From positions 15,004 through 79,003 of the forward strand of contig REDV01000073.1 in the NCBI GenBank assembly GCA_007695365.1: 64,000 nt of DNA, read 5' to 3'. Position 1 is the stretch's first letter. The number at the start of each line of letters is the position of its first letter. Positions 58,311 to 64,000 of the stretch are shown one piece after another. A model generated the notes under the pieces. It made no database searches, was not told the origin of the DNA, and was given only the letters and a program-made list of their open reading frames with translations. The translations under genes and the position numbers were made by a program. This stretch comes from Cryomorphaceae bacterium. GTDB lineage: Bacteria; Bacteroidota; Bacteroidia; Flavobacteriales_D; SKUL01.

Positions 58311-59435
58311 TTACATCGCCAGCATTTCCTCCACCTTGTTCTCGAGTGCACGACCGCGAAGGCCGCTGGCCACAATTTTTCCATCGCGGTCAATGAGTAC
58401 AGTGTGCGGAATGCTGCTAACGTTGTAGAGCTTGGCTGCAGCGCTGTTCCAGAACTGGAGGTCTGAAACCTGTGGCCAGGTAAGGCCGTCCTGCTGGATG
58501 GCTTCCACCCACTTGTCCTTGTCGCGGTCAAGTGAAACCCCATAGATTTCAAACCCTTTGTCTTTCATTTCGTTGTACATCTTTACCACCTTGGGGTTCT
58601 CCACCCGACAGGGCTTGCACCACGAGGCCCAGAAGTCAATCAATACCACTTTGCCGCGAAGCGATGACAGCGGAATTACTTTGCCATTGGGGTCGGCAAG
58701 TTCAATATCGGGAGCTTCGCTACCAGGCGACAATTTGGCCATGGCCGATACTTTGCGCTCGGCTTCTGCAATCTGGTTGCCCAACATACTGTAGTAGATA
58801 TGCGACGAGAATACGGGCTCAATACCTTTGTGTACTTCCTTGAACAGCTCCAGGTGTTCCTCGGGATTCATTTCACCAAGAATGGAAATACACGCCGGAG
58901 AGTCGGTGTTTTTCGCTACATATTCCTTCTGGAATCGCTGGTAAGCTTCCCGGATATCCTCAAAGGCATCCACCATTTCTTGTTTGGCATCCTCATCTCC
59001 CGACATGGCAATAGCCTGAAAGGCTTTCTGGATGGAATCCAATTGTGTGCGGAATGTTTGGGTGCCGGCGTAATAGTCGCGTAGGATTTGAGAATGTTTG
59101 GATCCCTGTACTTGGTAGGTTCCGAGTAAATCCTCCATATCGCCGGTAATCATCACATTTTCGGTGCTGTCGGTAAGGAGTACGATTTGTTGGTCGCCCA
59201 CCACTACCGTGTAAAAATCAAACATTCCGGGCCCTTCCGCAAAGCGAAAGCTTCCTCCAGGACCAATTTCTGCCGCTTCGAGCAGGTTGGCCGCGTTGTT
59301 GTGAATGTGGTTGAGTTCAATTTTCTCACCAGCTGCGTTTTCGATCTGGCCTGAGATACCTGCCATACCCGATTCGCTGCTTTCGCAACCCGCGAGAATG
59401 AACAATAGTGATGCAATAATCCAAAGGTTTTTCAT
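58311..59435 (-). CDS. TlpA-like thiol:disulfide oxidoreductase lipoprotein (thioredoxin fold, AhpC/TSA family)
   Basis: The lipobox is LFILAGC. The C-terminal thioredoxin domain has the WASWCKPC active site. Confidence 0.85.
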   Translation of the reverse strand: MKNLWIIASLLFILAGCESSESGMAGISGQIENAAGEKIELNHIHNNAANLLEAAEIGPGGSFRFAEGPGMFDFYTVVVGDQQIVLLTDSTENVMITGDMEDLLGTYQVQGSKHSQILRDYYAGTQTFRTQLDSIQKAFQAIAMSGDEDAKQEMVDAFEDIREAYQRFQKEYVAKNTDSPACISILGEMNPEEHLELFKEVHKGIEPVFSSHIYYSMLGNQIAEAERKVSAMAKLSPGSEAPDIELADPNGKVIPLSSLRGKVVLIDFWASWCKPCRVENPKVVKMYNEMKDKGFEIYGVSLDRDKDKWVEAIQQDGLTWPQVSDLQFWNSAAAKLYNVSSIPHTVLIDRDGKIVASGLRGRALENKVEEMLAM

Positions 59436-59447
59436 GGTTTTGTTTTG

Positions 59448-60908
59448 TTATTCTTCAAGTAGTTGTTGTAGTATTTTGCTGGCAGCTTTTGGGTCGGCTT
59501 TACGGTTGCTCAGCTTCATGACTTCTCCCATAAACAGTCCAAGCAGTCCTTTATTGCCCGATTTGTATGCGTTCACCTTGTCGGGGTATGTTTCCAGGGC
59601 AGCACGTGCCCAGCTTGTAAGGCTGTCTTCGTCGCTGTTCTGCATGAGGTTCATGGCCTCAGCAAGTGCAGCTGCGGATGTATGAGGCGAATCAATCAAG
59701 GCCGGAAACAGGTTTTGGCTCGCTACAGAGTGGCTTACCTTGCCACTGTCAATAAGATCAATCAGTTCGGCTATTTGCACGGGCTTCAGTGAGAACTCAC
59801 TGATCGCGATTCCGTTTTGGTTCAGGAAAGACTTGACGTCTACCATCACCCAGTTGGCAGCTGCCTTGTAGTTCGGGGTGTGTTGAATGAGTTCCTCAAA
59901 ATACAGGGCGATGGCTTTGTCTTCGGTAAGCACCCGGGCATCGTACTCTTTCAGGCCCAGCTCGGTGGTATAGCGCACCAAGAGCTCTGAAGGCAAGGGA
60001 GGCATTTCACTTCGTACCACCTCGATTTGCTCAGGGGTGAGTGTGAGTGGCTGCAAGTCGGGCTCGGGGAAGTAGCGGTAGTCATGGGCGTCTTCTTTGC
60101 TGCGCAACAGGCTGGTGGTGCCGCTCACCGCGTCGAAATTGCGGGTTTGCTGCTCCACTGTACCGCCCGATTCAATGAGCAGGATTTGCCGAACAACCTC
60201 GTGCTCAATTGCTCGCTGTACATTGCGCAGTGAGTTCATGTTTTTCACCTCACAGCGCATTCCGAAGGTGTCGCTTCCCTTCAGCATCACCGAAATGTTG
60301 GCATCGCAACGCAGGCTTCCTTCCTCCATGTTTCCGTCGCAAATATCCAGGTAGCGCACCAGTTTCCTGATTTCGGCAAGGTACGCATAGGCTTCTTCCG
60401 AAGATCGGATATCCGGCTCAGAAACAATCTCAAGCAGGGGAACTCCTGCTCGGTTCAGGTCAATCAGCGTGTCAAAAGGATCCTGGTCATGAATACTTTT
60501 ACCGGCATCCTCTTCCATGTGGATGCGGGTAATACCGATACGCCGGCTTTTTCCATCCACTTCAATGTCCAGATGTCCACCGGTACAGATAGGTGTCGTG
60601 TCCTGCGTAATCTGATACCCCTTTGGTAAGTCAGCGTAGAAGTAATTCTTGCGCGCAAAATACATGGATTCAGTAATGTTGCAGTTCAGTGACAGTCCCA
60701 GTCTGATGGCGTGTTGCACTACTTGTCGGTTGACCACGGGCAGGGTGCCGGGCATTCCGAGCGACACCGGCCCCACGTTGCTGTTGGGAGCTGATCCGTA
60801 TTCATTCAGGTCGGCGCAATATGCTTTGGAGCGCGTGTTGAGCTGCGCGTGAATCTCCAACCCAACCACCATTTGGTACTTGTCGCGGATATGTGGGTCT
60901 AGGGTCAT
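59448..60908 (-). CDS. gatB: Asp-tRNA(Asn)/Glu-tRNA(Gln) amidotransferase subunit B
   Basis: It has VVGLEIHAQL, the GatB core and a C-terminal YqeY-like domain. Confidence 0.97.
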   Translation of the reverse strand: MTLDPHIRDKYQMVVGLEIHAQLNTRSKAYCADLNEYGSAPNSNVGPVSLGMPGTLPVVNRQVVQHAIRLGLSLNCNITESMYFARKNYFYADLPKGYQITQDTTPICTGGHLDIEVDGKSRRIGITRIHMEEDAGKSIHDQDPFDTLIDLNRAGVPLLEIVSEPDIRSSEEAYAYLAEIRKLVRYLDICDGNMEEGSLRCDANISVMLKGSDTFGMRCEVKNMNSLRNVQRAIEHEVVRQILLIESGGTVEQQTRNFDAVSGTTSLLRSKEDAHDYRYFPEPDLQPLTLTPEQIEVVRSEMPPLPSELLVRYTTELGLKEYDARVLTEDKAIALYFEELIQHTPNYKAAANWVMVDVKSFLNQNGIAISEFSLKPVQIAELIDLIDSGKVSHSVASQNLFPALIDSPHTSAAALAEAMNLMQNSDEDSLTSWARAALETYPDKVNAYKSGNKGLLGLFMGEVMKLSNRKADPKAASKILQQLLEE

Positions 60909-61720
60909 GACAGGCGCGCAACCAGGGTTTTGAAAATGGTGGTAAGTTTAGGTTCTGCCGCCTCGGCAACCCGCTGAACGTCCTCATGGGTCACTTTCAC
61001 GATTTTTCCGGGAACACCAAGGTCTGTGATGATGGACATTCCGAAGCAGCGCATACCCATGTGGCGCGCAGCAATCACTTCCGGTACTGTGCTCATGCCC
61101 ACTGTGTCGGCTCCGGTATTTCGCACATAGGTGTACTCAGCGGGTGTTTCCAAACACGGGCCCGATAGCCCGGCATATACACCTTTTTGAATGGCAATAC
61201 CTTCTTCTTGGGCAATATTTTCGGCTTCGCTCACAAGTTTTTTGTCGTAGGCTTCGCTCATATCAGGAAAGCGTGGTCCGAGCTCATCAATATTCGGACC
61301 CATGAGTGGGTTGGTGGGAAACAGGTTGATGTGGTCGGAAATAATCATCAGATCGCCTATTTCAAAATCGGGGTTTACGCCGCCGCTCGCGTTGGAGAGC
61401 AGCAGATTGTTCACGCCCATCCATTTCATCACCCGCACGGGAAAAACCACCTGGGCCATGGTCCATCCTTCGTAAAAATGAAAGCGTCCTTGCATGGCAA
61501 TCACCGGTTTGTTTCCCAGGTGGCCGATTATCAGTTTTCCGTGATGACCCTGCACGGTAGAAACAGGAAAGTGCGGTATTTCTTCGTAGGGAATAACTAC
61601 TTCAGGATCAATCTCACTCCCCAGGCCGGCTAGTCCGGTTCCCAGAATAATCCCCGCTACCGGCTTCAGAGTTGTTTTTTGCTGAATGAATAACGCGGTT
61701 TCCCTAATCTGATCAAGCAT
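60905..61720 (-). CDS. Purine nucleoside phosphorylase (PNP family, inosine/guanosine type)
   Basis: Motifs GRFHFYEGW, LSNASGG and VGMSTVPEVI are present. It has ATGA-type overlaps with both neighbours. Confidence 0.9.
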   Translation of the reverse strand: MLDQIRETALFIQQKTTLKPVAGIILGTGLAGLGSEIDPEVVIPYEEIPHFPVSTVQGHHGKLIIGHLGNKPVIAMQGRFHFYEGWTMAQVVFPVRVMKWMGVNNLLLSNASGGVNPDFEIGDLMIISDHINLFPTNPLMGPNIDELGPRFPDMSEAYDKKLVSEAENIAQEEGIAIQKGVYAGLSGPCLETPAEYTYVRNTGADTVGMSTVPEVIAARHMGMRCFGMSIITDLGVPGKIVKVTHEDVQRVAEAAEPKLTTIFKTLVARLS

Positions 61721-62744
61721 ATTTTTTCAATTCGCGTTCAAAAATCTCTCCGTCTTTCAGGAAATGCACCGACACATCCATCACCCACACCGGGTAGCGC
61801 TCAATCTTTTCTATCAAGAAAGGCTGTTCCCATTTTACAGCGTCTTTTTCGGTGATAATGATGTGCTTTAACGGCGGGTCAAAATTATCAAATAATTTGG
61901 TTATCCTGTCCATGTCACCCCTGCCGTAGCCGTGGTGATCGGGGAACAGAACAGGATATACGGCACTGCACTTTTTGTTCAGGTAATCAACAAGGTAATC
62001 CGGGCGGGCGATGCCTGATGCAAGAAGAACAGATTCGTTTTGGATGCTCTCTAAGGTTCTGGTTTCGCTGTGTCCGAGCTTGCGGAGGTGCTTGTAGGTG
62101 AGCCCGCAGAAAAACACCTTCTGGTGAGGTAATGGGTTAATTTTGCGTTGAATTGCATTGAAGTCAGTTTCCTTCGGACACTTCGTAACCACAATGAAGT
62201 CAGCCTCGGCCGCGCGCGACTTTACATCGCGAAGGTACCCTGTAGGAATGAGCTTGTCATCCACGTAAAGTCGCTTATAGTCGGTTAGCAGAATGTTGAG
62301 TTTCGGACGGATTTTCCGGTGCTGCAGAGCATCGTCCAGAACCACGATATCGCTCCCGTGCTCGTCAAAAAGCAATTGGGTTCCCCTCACCCGATTTGCA
62401 TCAACAGCTACTTTGCAATGGGGAAGCGCACGCAGCATCAGGAAGGGCTCGTCGCCCAATTGGTTGACATCGCTTTTTTCGGAACCCAGCAGGAAGCCCC
62501 TCGAAATTCGCCGGTAGCCCCTGGAGAGAATCGCAACCTTTGCATGCTTGCTCAACAGCCCGGCAACCAGAATGGTAAAAGGGGTTTTGCCGGTGCCCCC
62601 GAGCGTGAGGTTACCGATGGCAATAACCGGCTTGTTGAACCCCCTGGATGAGAGAAAACCTTTGTTGTAAAGGAAATGCCGAAGTTGCAAAACCGCCCCG
62701 TAAATCCAGGTGAAGGGCAGTAGGACATTTCTCAGTAATTTCAT
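61713..62744 (-). CDS. lpxK: Tetraacyldisaccharide 4'-kinase LpxK
   Basis: The P-loop is IGNLTLGGTGKTP, followed by ILSRGY and LDDALQH. Confidence 0.9.
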   Translation of the reverse strand: MKLLRNVLLPFTWIYGAVLQLRHFLYNKGFLSSRGFNKPVIAIGNLTLGGTGKTPFTILVAGLLSKHAKVAILSRGYRRISRGFLLGSEKSDVNQLGDEPFLMLRALPHCKVAVDANRVRGTQLLFDEHGSDIVVLDDALQHRKIRPKLNILLTDYKRLYVDDKLIPTGYLRDVKSRAAEADFIVVTKCPKETDFNAIQRKINPLPHQKVFFCGLTYKHLRKLGHSETRTLESIQNESVLLASGIARPDYLVDYLNKKCSAVYPVLFPDHHGYGRGDMDRITKLFDNFDPPLKHIIITEKDAVKWEQPFLIEKIERYPVWVMDVSVHFLKDGEIFERELKKYA

Positions 62745-62775
62745 CGGCTAAAAATACAAACTCGTGAAAAGTGAA

Positions 62776-63870
62776 ATGACGATAGGCGATCTAATCAAAG
62801 AATTGGAAAAATGGGCACCTCCCGCGCTTCAGGAGTCATATGACAATGCAGGCCTTATTACAGGAGATGCTTCAGAAAAGGTAAGCGGTGTATTGATTTC
62901 GCTCGATTGTACCGAAGATGTGGTGGAAGAGGCCCTGCGCCGCGGCTGTAATATGATTGTGTCTCATCACCCCATCGTGTTTCGGGGTCTGAAAAGCCTC
63001 ACCGGGGCAAACTATGTAGAGCGCACGGTTCTGAAAGCCATCAGGGGTGGTGTGGCCCTGTATGCCATCCATACCAACCTCGACAACGTGGACCACGGTG
63101 TGAATCATCGCATCGCTGATCAGCTCGGCCTGGTGAAGAGAGAGGTTTTGCGACCCATGCCGGCCCACCTCAGGCAATTGGTGGTGTATGTTCCGCGCAA
63201 AGATGCCGACAAGGTACGCGATGCCTTGTTTGCCGGTGGGGCAGGGCATATTGGTAATTACGATGAGTGTTCTTTCAACATTGGCGGAACAGGTACTTTC
63301 AGACCGCTTGAGGGCAGCAACCCCACCGATGGTCAGCACATGGAGCGTTCCTATGCAGATGAGGTGCAAATCAGCGTGATTTACCCTGCCGAGCGAGAGC
63401 GCTCTATTTTGCAGGCCATGGTCCAATCGCATCCCTACGAGGTGGTTGCGCACGAGATTTACGCTTTGCAAAACGCCGATCAGACGCGTGGAGCGGGTAT
63501 GGTGGGCAATCTGCCGGAAGGTATGGATGAAATGGCTTTTCTCTCCCTGCTCAAGGAGCGTTTTGGGTGTGGTTGCGTGCGACACACTGCGCTACTCAAC
63601 CGGCAGGTAAAAAGGGTTGCGCTTTGCGGAGGCTCGGGGAGCTTTCTGCTTCGCGATGCCATTGCTGCAAAGGCAGATGTGTTCGTTACATCCGACTTTA
63701 AATACCACGAATTCTTCGATTCCGAAAGAAAAATTGTAATCGCGGATATCGGACATTATGAAAGTGAGCAATTTACGATTGATTTGATAGGGTCGTTTTT
63801 ACGGGAGAAATTTTCTACCTTTGCCGTCCATTTTACCCAAGAAGTAACAAATCCCATTAACTACTTTTGA
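62776..63870 (+). CDS. Nif3-like dinuclear metal centre protein (long form with inserted domain)
   Basis: Motifs VSHHPIVFRGLK, YAIHTNLDN and GHYESE are present. The start is set at the ATG at 62776 (MTIGDLIKELEKW); the track starts at a GTG 12 nt upstream. Confidence 0.88.
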   Translation: MTIGDLIKELEKWAPPALQESYDNAGLITGDASEKVSGVLISLDCTEDVVEEALRRGCNMIVSHHPIVFRGLKSLTGANYVERTVLKAIRGGVALYAIHTNLDNVDHGVNHRIADQLGLVKREVLRPMPAHLRQLVVYVPRKDADKVRDALFAGGAGHIGNYDECSFNIGGTGTFRPLEGSNPTDGQHMERSYADEVQISVIYPAERERSILQAMVQSHPYEVVAHEIYALQNADQTRGAGMVGNLPEGMDEMAFLSLLKERFGCGCVRHTALLNRQVKRVALCGGSGSFLLRDAIAAKADVFVTSDFKYHEFFDSERKIVIADIGHYESEQFTIDLIGSFLREKFSTFAVHFTQEVTNPINYF

Positions 63871-63873
63871 TCG

Positions 63874-64000
63874 ATGGCAAACGCAACAAAATCAGATAAC
63901 GTAGTAGAGCAGAAGCTGAAGTCGCTCTACGGATTGCAAAAGATTCATTCTTCACTTGATCGTATTCGCACAGTGCGAGGTGAATTGCCACTTGAGGTGG
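63874..64000 (+). CDS. 5' fragment (42 codons) of a coiled-coil protein, possibly the COG1579 zinc-ribbon protein that commonly follows Nif3
   Basis: The ATG at 63874 gives MANATKSDNVVEQKLKSLYGLQKIHSSLDRIRTVRGELPLEV. The call rests only on position and the N-terminal helix pattern, and the gene runs off the window. Confidence 0.4.
   Translation, partial: MANATKSDNVVEQKLKSLYGLQKIHSSLDRIRTVRGELPLEV

Overview
This 64-kb window is a gene-dense chromosomal segment, roughly 90% coding. Gene content and order mark it as core genome of a Bacteroidota member, probably Flavobacteriia-like. The supporting evidence is ftsA-ftsZ-yqeY; miaB / sigma-54 activator / LptE-like / secG / groES-groEL; topA followed by porP-gldK-gldL-gldM-gldN; gldA; a GWxTD protein; three proteins with type IX secretion (T9SS) C-terminal sorting domains; and TAnnTTTG-type -7 promoter boxes. 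I call about 56 protein genes, one initiator tRNA-Met, several intrinsic terminators and a few candidate promoters. I see no rRNA, CRISPR array, transposase, integrase, phage or recognisable defence genes, so this does not look like a mobile island. Most of the window is ordinary housekeeping: cell division, chaperonins, translation GTPases, lipid A genes lpxH/lpxK, metK, lipA, gap and gatB. I could not identify a clear-cut new multi-gene system. The items that deserve a second look are listed below.
1. Two paralogous LTD-CotH-T9SS proteins in direct orientation bracket an RprXY-like two-component system and two unknown membrane proteins.
2. A HutG/arginase-fold protein next to the T9SS core genes appears to have lost half of its metal ligands.
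3. A strongly acidic, basic-residue-free, Asp-Thr-repeat insertion sits inside a 1114-aa BNR/T9SS protein.
4. A 23-codon mini-ORF with 7 in-frame Met codons lies upstream of a 714-aa secreted protein gene, which itself carries G8 and T8 homopolymers.
5. An M1 peptidase is fused to a large beta-rich C-terminal region.
6. A same-strand envelope cluster runs Omp85 / YkuD / GWxTD / RlmB / GT-C.
All family calls rest on motifs read by eye from the translations. No database search was run.
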